Part shown: positions 1 to 10,225 of the stretch, in pieces | How the letters are laid out: each line of letters opens with the position of its first letter | Numbering within the stretch: position 1 is the stretch's first letter | Assembly (NCBI RefSeq): GCF_020745735.1 | Contig: NC_083437.1 | Coordinates: 24,242,001 to 24,306,000 of the forward strand | From: Hemiscyllium ocellatum | Taxonomy: Eukaryota | Reading direction: 5' to 3' | DNA length: 64,000 bases | The notes under the pieces: generated by a model | What the model was told of the DNA's origin: nothing | Database searches by the model: none | What the model saw: only the letters and a program-made list of their open reading frames with translations | Translations under genes and position numbers: made by a program

Positions 1-732
1 TGCCATCTCTTTTAGCAACCTGGGATGCATTCCATCAGGGCCAAGAGATTTGTCTACACTTAGCTTGCCCCACATTACCTCTTTCGTGATAATGATTGTC
101 TCCAGGTCCTCACCTACTTTTGTCTCTTGTCAATTACTGGCATGTTACTTGTACCCTCCACTGTGAAGACTGACAAAATATCTGTTCAATGCCTCGAACA
201 TTTCCTCATTTCCCCTTATTAAATTTCCCTTCTCATCCTCTAAAGAACGAATGTTTACTTTAGCCACTCTTGTTTCATATATTTATAGAAACTTTTACTA
301 TCTGGCTTTATATTCTGAGCTTGTTTTTTTCTCAATCCATCTTACTTATTTATAGCTCTTTGTGGCTTTCTGTTGACCTTTAAAGCTTTCCCAATTTTCT
401 AGTTTCCTGCTTATCTTGGCCACTTTGTATGCCTTCTCTTTTAATTTGACAACTTCCCTTAATCCCTTAGGCACCCATGGCAGATTACCCCTTTTCTCAG
501 TCCTTTTTCACTGATGTATACTTTTGCTGATCACTTTGAAAAATTGCTTTGAAAGTCCTCCACTGTCCCACCATAAAGTCTTTGCCTCCAGTTTACTTCA
601 GCCGACTCCTCCTTCATCCTATTGTAGTCTCCCTTGTTTAAGCACGATTTGGAGATGCCGGTGTTGGACTGGGGTGTACAAAGTTAAAAATCACAACACC
701 AGGTTATAGTCCAACAGGTTTAATTGGAAGCA

Positions 733-2051
733 GCTGAAAATGCGTTGCTGGTTAAAGCACAGCAGGTTAGGCAGCATCCAAGGAACAGGAAATTCAACGT
801 TTTGGGCCAGAGCCCTTCATCAGGAATGAGGAGAGGGTGCCAGGCAGGCTAAGATAAAAGGTAGGGAGGAGGGACTTGGGGGAGGGGCAATGGAGATGTG
901 ATAGGTGGAAGGAGGTCAAGGTGAGGGTGATAGGCCGGAGTGGGGTGGGGGCGGAGAGGTCAGGAAGAGGATTGCAGGTTAGGAGGGTGGTGCCGAGTTC
1001 AAGGGAATCGACTGAGACAAGGTGGGGGGAGGGGAAATGAGGAAACTGGAGAAATCCGAGTTCATCCCTTGTGGCTGGAGGGTTCCCAGGCGGAAGATGA
1101 GGCGCTCTTCCTCCAACCGTTCTGGCGATGGAAGAGTCCAAGGACCTGCATGTCTTCGATGGAGTGGGAGGGAGAATTAAAGTGTTGAGCCACGGGGTGG
1201 TTGGGTTGGTTGGTTCGGGCGTCCCAGAGGTGTTCCCTGAAGCGTTCTGCAAGTAGGCGGCCCGTCTCCCCAATATAGAGGTGGTCACATTGGGTGCAGC
1301 GGATGCAATAGATGGTGTGTGTGGAGGTGCAGGTGAATTTGTGGCGGATATGGAAGGATCCCTTGGGGCCTTGGAGAGAAGTAAGGGAGGTGGTGTGGGC
1401 AGGGGAAGGTGCCAGGAGTGGAGGTTGGGTTGGTGGGGGGTGTGGACCTGACGAGGGAGTCACGAAGGGAGTGGTCTTTGCGGAACGCTGATAGGGGAGG
1501 GGAGGGAAATATATCCCTGGTGGTGGGGTCCGTTTGGAGTTGGCGGAAATGACGGCGGATGATACGCTGTATACGGAGGTTGGTGGGGTGGTAGGTGAGA
1601 ACCAGTGAGGTTCTGTCTTGGTGGCGGTTGGAGGGGCGGGGCTCAAGGGCGGAGGAGCGGGAAGTGGAGGAGATGCGGTGGAGGGCATCGATCACGTCTG
1701 GGGGTAATCTGCGGTCCTTGAAGGAGGCCATCTGGGCTGTACGGTATTGGAACTAGTCCGCCTGGGAGCAGATGCGGCGGAGACGAAGGAATTGAGAATA
1801 TGGGGTGGAATTTTTACAGGGGGCAGGGTGGGAGGAGGTGTAGTCCAGGTAGCTGTGGGAGTCAGTCGGTTTATAGTAGATGTCTGTGTTGAGTCGGTCG
1901 CCCGAGATAGAAATGGAAAGGTCTAGGAAGGGGAGGGAGGAGTCTGAGACAGTCCAGGTGAATTTGAGATCAGGATGGAAGGTGTTGGTAAAGTTGATGA
2001 GCTGTTCAACCTCCTGGTGGGGGTGATGAGCTGTTCAACCTCCTTGTGGGA
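733..2051 (-). mobile_element. 5'-truncated Penelope-like element (RT C-terminus, GIY-YIG endonuclease, 3' tail with decayed hammerhead)
   Basis: IYCIRCTQCDHLYIGETGRLLAERFREH (GIY-YIG); LPFLD...KPTDSHSYLDY (RT thumb); 17-bp TSD aggtttaattggaagca at 716..732 and 2052..2068. Confidence 0.9.
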
Positions 2052-2071
2052 AGGTTTAATTGGAAGCACAC

Positions 2072-2100
2072 TAGCTTTCGGAGCGATGCTCCTTCATCAG
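2072..2100 (-). ncRNA. Minimal type I hammerhead ribozyme core (Penelope pLTR type)
   Basis: Minus strand CAC-CUGAUGA-A-GGAGC-AUC-GCUCC-GAAAGCUA-GUG: intact core, 5-bp stem II, palindromic AGCU stem III, CUA triplet, 3-bp stem I. Confidence 0.7.
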
Positions 2101-2536
2101 GTGATTGTGGAGAGTTTGATCGTAACACAGAATTTATAGCAAAAATTTACAGTGTGATGTAACTGAAATGATACATTGAAAAATTGATTGTCTGTTAAGC
2201 CTTTCATCTGTTAGAATACAGTGATAGTTTCACTTCTTTCATGTGTAAATCACAAAACCCTTTTTTTATATAAAAAAAGGGTGCATTCTCGGGTTAGCTG
2301 TTAACAATGGTGATAGCTAGACAATATGTTGAAGGTGTTAGCCCCCTGTGTTCTCTGTCTATGACTTGATGTTTAGATTAAAATCAATCTGAAAAGTGAG
2401 ATAACAGAGTTTTACTTAAATTCATGCAGTTTTTGAGCTCAGAGTTCTACGTGAACGTATGCAGTTTTTGAGCAAAGTGCAATGTAACTCTGCAAGTACA
2501 AATTCACCACACAAAATATGTGCGTGCATGTGGATC

Positions 2537-2538
<2 letters not shown>

Positions 2539-2586
<48 letters not shown>

Positions 2587-2597
2587 CGCACACACAG
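2539..2597. repeat. (TG)~20(CG)5(CA)4 alternating purine-pyrimidine microsatellite
   Basis: Directly visible. Confidence 0.95.
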
Positions 2598-5500
2598 AGT
2601 GTATTAAGTCTGTGAGGGGGTGCATGTGAGAGTGTGGGAGTGTGTGTGTCTATAAGGGTGTGTGGGTGTCTGTGTGTACCTGTGTCATGTCACATACACA
2701 CGCGCTCCCCCTCACAGACTTAAGACACTCCGCACTCACCACACACACACAGTGGTGAATTTGTACTTGCAGAGTTACATTGCACTTTGCTCAAAAACTG
2801 CATACGTTCATGTAGAACTCTGTTATCTCACTTTTTAGATTGATTCTAATCTAAACATCAAGTCATAGACAGAGAACACAGGGGGCTAACACCTTCAACA
2901 TATTGTCTAGCTATCACCATTATTAACAGCTAACCCGAGAATGCACCTTCTTTTTAAAAAAAAAAGGGTTTTGTGATTTACACATGAAAGAAGTGAAACT
3001 ATCACTGTATTCTAACAGATGAAAGGCTTAACAGACAATCAATTTTTCAATGCATTATTTCAGTTACATCACACTGCAAATTTTTGCTATAAATTCTGTG
3101 TTACGATCGAACCCTCCGCAATCACCTGATGAAGGAGCATCGTTCCGCAAGCTAGTGTGCTTCCAATTAAACCTGTTGGACTATAACCTGGTGTTGTGTG
3201 ACTTTTAAACTTTGTTTAAGCACAGGATTCTGGTGATTTTATATTCACACTTTCCATCTGTATTCTAAATTCAACCATATTGTGATCGCTCCTTCTGAGA
3301 GGATCACTAACTATGACATTATTCATTATTTCTGTTTCATTTTTACACAGAACCAGATCCCAGATTGCTTACTCCCTCATCAGTTCCATTACATACTGTT
3401 AAAGAAAATTATTATGGATACATTCAGTGAACTCAAGGCTGACCTGACCAACTTGGTTTGACTAATCAACGTTTAGTGTAAAATCCCCCTGATATTTGCT
3501 GTACCGTCTTTACAGGTGTTAGTTATTTCTTTATTGCCTTCCCCAATGTGATATTGCTTGGTGATATTTTTATAGACTATCAGTAACTTGCTCTTCCTAG
3601 AATTTGTAATTTCCACCCAAATGGATTCAACCTTATTCTCCACAGCACGTATATCATCTCTCACCACCGCTTTGATGTTGTCCATAAATATCAGAGCTAC
3701 ACCACCTCCCTGCCCGTCCTTCCAAATAATCTGATATAACTGGATACTTAACTCCCAGTTGTGACCATCCTGCAACCATGTCTCTACAACAGCTACTAAA
3801 ATCATGACTTGTGCCGTTAATTCATCCACGCGGTCCTTATGCTAGTTTTTGTACATAATAATCTCCTGAGTTATCCTTCCTTTTTACTTCTTTTATAGTC
3901 TGCCATGTAGTTAAACCCTCCTGCACACATGCTAAACTGCTGCTTTCCTTTATATTTACCATTATAATTCCTGTCATTTTCCCCTTCCCTTCCCCCTCCA
4001 ATTCACTCGTTTAAGTCTAGTAACCACCCTACTTATCCTTTTCACTAGAACACTGGTTCCAGATCAGTTCAGGTGGAGACAATCCCATCAGTACAAATCC
4101 CTCCTGTTCCAAAACTAATGCCAATGCCCCATGAAATGGAACCCCTCTTTCCCACACCACTCCTTTAGCCACATGTTTACTTCTAATTTTCTTATCCCTA
4201 AACCAATTTGCATGTAGCTTAGGTAGTAAGCTGGAGATTATAACCCTTGAGGACCCGTTGCTTAATTTCATTCCTAGTACTTGATAATCCTCAAACAGGT
4301 CCTCTTTCCTAGGCTTGCCTATGTTGTTTGTCTCAATGTGGACCACAACAACTGGATCCTTGCCTTTCTGCTCCAGTATCCTTTCAAGCCAGTCAGAGAT
4401 GTCCTGCACCCTGGCACTGGTCAGGCAACATACCATGCGGGACTCACGATCCTGCTTACAAAAGGATGCATTAGGGCATTTCTGAATAGAATTAAATGTA
4501 AAAAGTGAATTCTAAGAAAACTTGAGTGGATTAGAAGTTATTGCTCCGATATTACCATGGTCATACCAGTTTAACCAACAGCAAGTGCTGCCTTTACTTC
4601 ACTAATGTGAGAGCCCAAGCAACTTCAGGAGTCTGGACATGCACAAATTCATTTAGAAACACTAACGTTGCTCTCAGTGATGCACGTACCTCCCCCCCCC
4701 CTCCAAAGCATGCACATTGCTGAGTACCCACTCAAAATTTTAGTCACTGAAAAAAAAATCAACAAAGTGACAAGAGTTTTTATTCTGTTTCATTGTTTAA
4801 AAACCCTTGACAAAGTGACACTTTGTTGACCAAGATGTATTTATATTTGTAAAACTTAAATTTCAACACATTTAAAATAAACATATTTAAATCTAGTTGT
4901 AATCATGTATTTTACAACAAAAGATTAAGAGCTTTTAGTGATTTTGTTTGCAATTAGTGAATACTTCAGGCAATTGTTTCTGTATCCCGCTTGTATATAT
5001 TTTTGCTGCACACCAAGATTTCTTTTGACTTGATGCCAGATACAACTGCCGTTAGCAAAGAGGAAACACATTGCCACAGAGATTGCTACATCTTTGTGGA
5101 CAACTTTCTTCAAGGTCACCAGTAAATATCCTTTGTCATTCAGCACGAAATCCAGGCCAATGTTTTGGGGAGGGTAACTTCCCAAAATCTTAAACTATTC
5201 TTTCCTGATGCAAGAGGCCCTCTACAATTCTAGATATTACCAATATTTTTGCTTCTTAGTAGGTTGGGAAATAATGATTTCACATACACAATTCTTAAAC
5301 TTTAAAACTATGTAATGAATAGCTTTAATCAACTATATTTGTCAAATTTGCAATAACTGGATCATTTCCATACAACATTACCATACTGAGAAATAACACA
5401 CTCATTCTCCCCATCGGTTTGACTTGTTAATTTTATGAAATCAGATGTGTGCTTGGGCCCTCACATTAAGTGAAATTGATGATACTAAAATACAAATGAG

Positions 5501-6254
5501 GAGCACAAGTAGGCTCTTCAGCCCCTCTATTTTGTTTCAACAGTCAATAACATTATGATTGATCTGTTAGTCTTTAGACTTCCACATTCACATCTACTCC
5601 CAATAACCTTTGAATCACTTGCCTAACAAAAACAAACTATTTCCACCCTAAAAATATACAATGACCTTGTCATCATCCTTCTGAGTCAAGGAGTTCCAAG
5701 GTTACACAACCTTCAGAGAAAAGCCAACTCCTCGTTTTAAAACAGTGCTTCACTGTGGTTTTTAATTAATACAACCTAGTTCTAGGCTCACTTCAGAGAG
5801 GAAGCATCCTTCCCACATCCATCCAGTCAAGATCTTATTTATACTTTAATCAACCTGTTCGGACATGTTATGACACATCTCTGGGACAGGTGGGACTTGA
5901 ACCTGAAACTATAGGCTTATGAAGCCTTCCTCTGGGCCAGCTAAAAAGGGATCTATGTATTTCAAACAAGTTTCCCTTCACATGGCCAGTCTGTCCAACC
6001 ATTCTTCAGAAGACAATTCACTCATTTCAGGTATCAATCCAGTAAGCAATTGTATGTTGGGTAGTAAAGTAGTTAGCATTGCTGCTTCAGAGTGCCTGGA
6101 ATCAGAGCTTACCTCCAGCTTCTGTGGCCTCTATTTGCACTGTAGCGCTTCTCGGATTCTAAGCCTCTTCTGAACCATCCCCATCCCACAAACATCCACA
6201 ATATGCAACCTCATCAATGAGTTATATAGCATCTTACTTCTATTCCTCTAGGGA

Positions 6255-8057
6255 GTCAGACATTGGTGGTGGCAAGGTGTTGGAGGGAATCCGGAGGGAA
6301 GGATTTGCATATATTTGGAAAGACAAGGCCTGATTAGGGTTAGTCAACATGGCTTTGAGCATGGGAAATTATGTCTCATGAATTGAGTTTTTTGAGAAGT
6401 AACAAAGAGGATTGATGTGGGCAGAGCAGTGGACATGATTTACGTAGAAGTCAGTATAACATTCGACAAGATTCCTCATGGTAGACTGGTCAGCAAGGTT
6501 AGATCACAATAGAATAACTAGCTATATGGATACAGAACTGGCTCAAAGATAGATGACAGAAGGTGGTGGAGGAGGGCTGTTTTAAAGGCTGGAGGCCTCT
6601 GACCAGCAGTGTGCCACAGGGATTGACGCTCGGTCCAATGCTTTTCATCATTTGTATAAACAATTTGGATGCAAACATTGAAAACATTGTAAGCTTGCAG
6701 ATGGCACCAAAATTAGAGGTATAGTGGACAGCAAAAGAGGTTACCTCAGGGTACAATGGGATTTTGATCAGATGGGCAAATAGGCCGAAGAGTGGCAGAT
6801 AGAGCTTAATTTAGATGAATGTGAGATTCTGCACTTTGCAAAGGCAAATCAGGATAGGACTTATACGCTTAATGGTCAGGTCTGGAGAGTGTTGCTGAAC
6901 AAATGCAGGTACAGCAGGTAGTGAAGAAGGCTAATAGCATGCTGGCCTTCATAACAAGAGGGGTTGAGTATAGAAGCAAAGAGATTCTTCTGCAGCTGTA
7001 CAGGGCCCCGGTGACACCATACCTGTGTGCAGTTCTGGTCTCCAGATTTGAGGAAAGACATTCTGGCTATTGAGGGAGTGCAGCATAGGTTCACGAGGTC
7101 AATTCCTGGAATGGCAGGACTACCTTACGCTGCAAGACTGGAGTGACTGGGCTTGTATACCCTTGAGTTTTGAAGACTGAGAGGGGATCTGATTGAGACA
7201 TAAGATTATTAAAGGATTGGACACTCTGGAGGCAGGAAACATGTTTCCACTGATGGGTGAGTGCCTAACCAGAGGACACAGCTTAAAAATAGAGGATTGA
7301 CCATTTTGGACAGAGATGAGGAGAAACTTCTTCACCAAGAGAGTGGTGGCTGTGTGGAATGCTTTGCCTCAGATGGCAGTAGAGGCCCAGTCTCTGGATT
7401 CATTTAAGAAAGAGTTGGATAGAGCTCTCAAGGATAGTGGAATCAAGGGTTATGGAGATAAGGCAGGAGCAGGATACTGATTAAGGGTGATCAGCTATGA
7501 TCATATTGAATGGTGGTGCAGGCTCGAAGGACAGAATGGCCTATTCCTACACCTATTGTCTATTGTCAAAGAGACCTTGGAGTGAAAGTTCATAGTTCCT
7601 TGAAAATGGTGTCAAAGGTGGATAGGATAGTGAAAGCAGCACTAAAGGAAAGTTGAGCTTTCCTTTATTGGGAAATGCATGGAGTATAGGAGTTGGGAAG
7701 TCATGTTGCAGCTGTACAGGACATTGGTTAGGCCATCAGAATACTGCATGCAATTCTGGTCTTCCCCACTATAGGATGTTGTGAAATTTGAAAGGGTTCA
7801 GAAAAGATTTACAGGAATGTTGCCTGGGTTTCAGCTGTAGGCAGAGGCTGAATAGACTGGGGTATTTTTTTTTCCCAAAACATTGGAGGCTAAGGAAAGA
7901 CATTATAGAAAGTTTATAAAATCATGAGGAGCATGGATAGACAAGATCTTTTGCCTGGGGTGGGAGCCTAAAACTAGAGGGGACGCATTTATGGTGAGAG
8001 GGGTAAGATTTAAAAGGTATCTAAGGGGCAATCTTTTCACGCAGAGGGGGTGTGTGC
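6255..8057 (+). mobile_element. Decayed CR1 LINE RT fragment with a nested younger CR1 3' end (6904..7567)
   Basis: QHGF / VPQG / CMQFWS-type RT remnants; the inner copy ends in (ctattgt)n and splits the host at gaacaaa|gagacc. Confidence 0.85.
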
Positions 8058-8259
8058 CTTTTGTGATTCAGAACACCAACGTCGGAATTCTACAATTGTG
8101 CTCTACTTAAGATAGTCCTTATTATTCTTCCTACCAAACAAAAATCAACATGACATTTTCCCACATTACATTCCATCTGCCAACCTCTCCACATTTACCT
8201 GCAGTCTCCAAAAACCCTGATGACAATACAGCAAGAGGATTTTTTTTAAAGTCACTCAC

Positions 8260-8378
8260 TTTACCAGCCCTTTCCATCCTTCTAAGTAATGTTCCTGCAG
8301 GATTTCTCCCTGGTCAGTCAGGCACTTTTTGAAAGACTCCAGAACCTCAGCCAAACTGAACCTGTCCGGATCAGCCAT
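8260..8378 (-). CDS. CPTP: Ceramide-1-phosphate transfer protein, first coding exon (MADPDRFSLAEVLESFKKCLTDQGEILQEHYLEGWKGLV/K); remainder not found in this window, presumably left of position 1
   Basis: Not in the ORF track. Reverse-complement translation matches the CPTP N-terminus (FxLxxVLxSFKxCL...WKGLV). Phase-2 donor AA|gtgagt at 8259. Head-to-head with INTS11, as in human. Confidence 0.93.
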
Positions 8379-8640
8379 CTTAGAACTTCAAGCGAATGGG
8401 CGGGGTATGCTTTTGACCAATCAAAGCGGGGCACCCCGAGCCGGAAGCCCCGCCTCCGCAACGACCTACCTGGAGCGTGCATTCCATTGGATGTTGTCCC
8501 TGTCAGTCGGGTTGGGTGTTGGGTGTCTTGGTAACGAGGGCCTGCTCGGTCTTGCTGCTGCCCGAGGTAGGCCTGGGGCTGGCGTGGTGTCTTTGCCCGA
8601 ATTCGTAGCGACAGTGTTTGGTGGAAAAGGAAAGGACGGG
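8370..8640. promoter_or_regulatory. CpG-rich bidirectional CPTP/INTS11 promoter
   Basis: Local GC/CpG peak with GC boxes (gggcgggg ~8398, ccccgcctcc ~8447), CCAAT (~8417), ATTGG (~8486), ETS core CCGGAAG (8441..8447) and a YY1/TISU-like AAGATGGC over the CPTP ATG. Confidence 0.8.
8480..8566 (+). other. INTS11: Putative non-coding first exon of INTS11
   Basis: Donor GAG|gtaggc at 8566/8567 just past the promoter; candidate acceptor ttaacag at 10114 ahead of the ATG exon. Start coordinate is approximate. Confidence 0.5.
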
Positions 8641-10197
8641 AGTCACTGTCATTGAGCGGGGTCCTTGTTTATTTAAAAACCCGCCGTCTGCCTTGTGTAG
8701 CTGGAAAGTGATAATAAATCGAGTTGTATTATTTTTTAAATTCAGCGTTTAAAATGTGAACCTGGAGACTTTAATTCTGATTTTGTGTTCAGACCAATCA
8801 AGGGAGGCCTCAGTTGGCTTGTCCTGTCCATTTTTCACTGTCTGCATTTTTGCTGCTCAGCAAAGCTCACTGTGAACCAATGTTGCGTATAGTCCTTTCA
8901 ATTAACTTTGAAGTTTATTTAAGTTCCCACTTATTTTAATGAGATGTATGTTGCTGAATTCAAATTTTTGAGTAATTTAGTTTTAAAGGCAGAAGATGCC
9001 TGAATATTAGTAGAAGCCACGGTAGTGAAAGTTTTTTTTATTTGCAAACGGTCTGACTGCCTCTTTGTCACTTGTAATGTTACTAACAGCAGTTTCTTTT
9101 TTGGATTTTTAGTTATCCTTTGTATGCACTTAAAATTTTCAAACTCCAATAGTTGGCTATCAGTCTATATTCTCTGGATTATTAGTATAGGTCTCTGGAA
9201 TTGTTTGGTCTAGTCACAACTTGAAGACTTTCTTTAGTAGGTGTGTGTGCGTACGTTCAAAAGGCTGTAAAAATTGATCGGTTCAGGGCATCATGCACTC
9301 AGACATTGAGTATAAAAATAAAGTTAATTTGTTCAAACCATGGTACAGTGAAGATTTGCTAGAATGATTAGAAACATATTTATGAAGTACCTCTCTGAAA
9401 AATATCCTAAGATGCTTCACAAAGCATCATATAGCAGAAATAAAAGGTTGTAATTATGACAATATGCTCAAAATAGATCTTTCTTCACTGTAACAAGGAA
9501 TCTTAATTTGAGATTTAATAGAGGTTTTGAAAATGCTTAAATATTTTAAGGTGCAAACTGAGCAGAATTAGTTGGCATGCCAGGTTATTGAGGTTAAAAG
9601 ACTGTATAAAAATTGATTGAACAAAATGAAGGAATTTCTTCCCCTCGAAGGTGGTGACTGTCTGGAACTCTCTATTCCAAAGAGTTGTGCTAGATCACTG
9701 AAAGTATTTAAAGAGGTAGTAAGTAGAGTTTTGAAATAGCGGGGAGGACGGTTGGTACAAGAGAGGAGTTGATGATTGGGGCAGATCAAGCCATGATGTT
9801 ACTGAGTGGCAGGATGGGCATGAGAGTATGAATAGCTTACTCCTATTCCCATTTCTTCGATTTTTACATTCTCTATTTGAAAATTACATTTTATATTAGG
9901 ATATAGCTGTTGAAAAATTCTCACAGTGACTTTAAGTTAAAGTTCAGGCCTTTAGACTTTAGCGCACACTCCATACTCCTCTATCCCTGTTCCACAATGA
10001 TACCCTCACTTTTCTTTCCATTTCTTACTCATACATAGAACAGAACAAACTGCTGGGCCATGAGATCGCTTGAGATGTTTTATTTACTGATACAGTCTGC
10101 TTTAAATTTAACAGATCTGTTTTGCTGAATTAAGATGAGTAGCTGATTTCATCAGTGCGTTCTTGGAAGCACAAGTCACAGTGAAATCTGATTGCAA

Positions 10198-10225
10198 ATG
10201 CCGGAAATAAAAGTCACGCCTTTAG
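10198..10225 (+). CDS. INTS11: INTS11 coding exon 1 ([10 protein letters not shown])
   Basis: ATG at 10198, donor G|gtaata. Confidence 0.95.

Larger units (their letters stand above)
646..3211. mobile_element. Penelope-derived inverted-repeat element (arms ~680..732+2052..2510 and ~2752..3211), with a hammerhead core in each arm and a (TG)n spacer
   Basis: Arms are reverse complements over about 460 bp; CTGATGA-stem-G(A/C)AAGCTA in both; flanked by a 12-bp TSD. Confidence 0.8.
1..4460 (-). mobile_element. Old CR1 LINE (ORF1 esterase plus ORF2 endonuclease), interrupted at 646..3211
   Basis: 4029..4436 VCCLTSARVQD...PVVVVHIETNNIG resembles the CR1 ORF1 SGNH domain; 3473..3829 VAVVETWL...GGGVAL resembles the APE domain; 12-bp TSD ttgtttaagcac at 634..645 and 3212..3223. 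Confidence 0.8.

Noticed and set aside
4925-5185. 86-aa minus-strand ORF as CPTP exon 2
   Set aside because: No resemblance to the expected FLNSLGxIFSFISKD continuation; CPTP exon 2 was not found in the window.
8289-8655. Plus-strand ORFs of 81 and 108 aa over the promoter
   Set aside because: GC-rich promoter sequence, partly antisense to the CPTP exon, with no protein similarity I can recognise.
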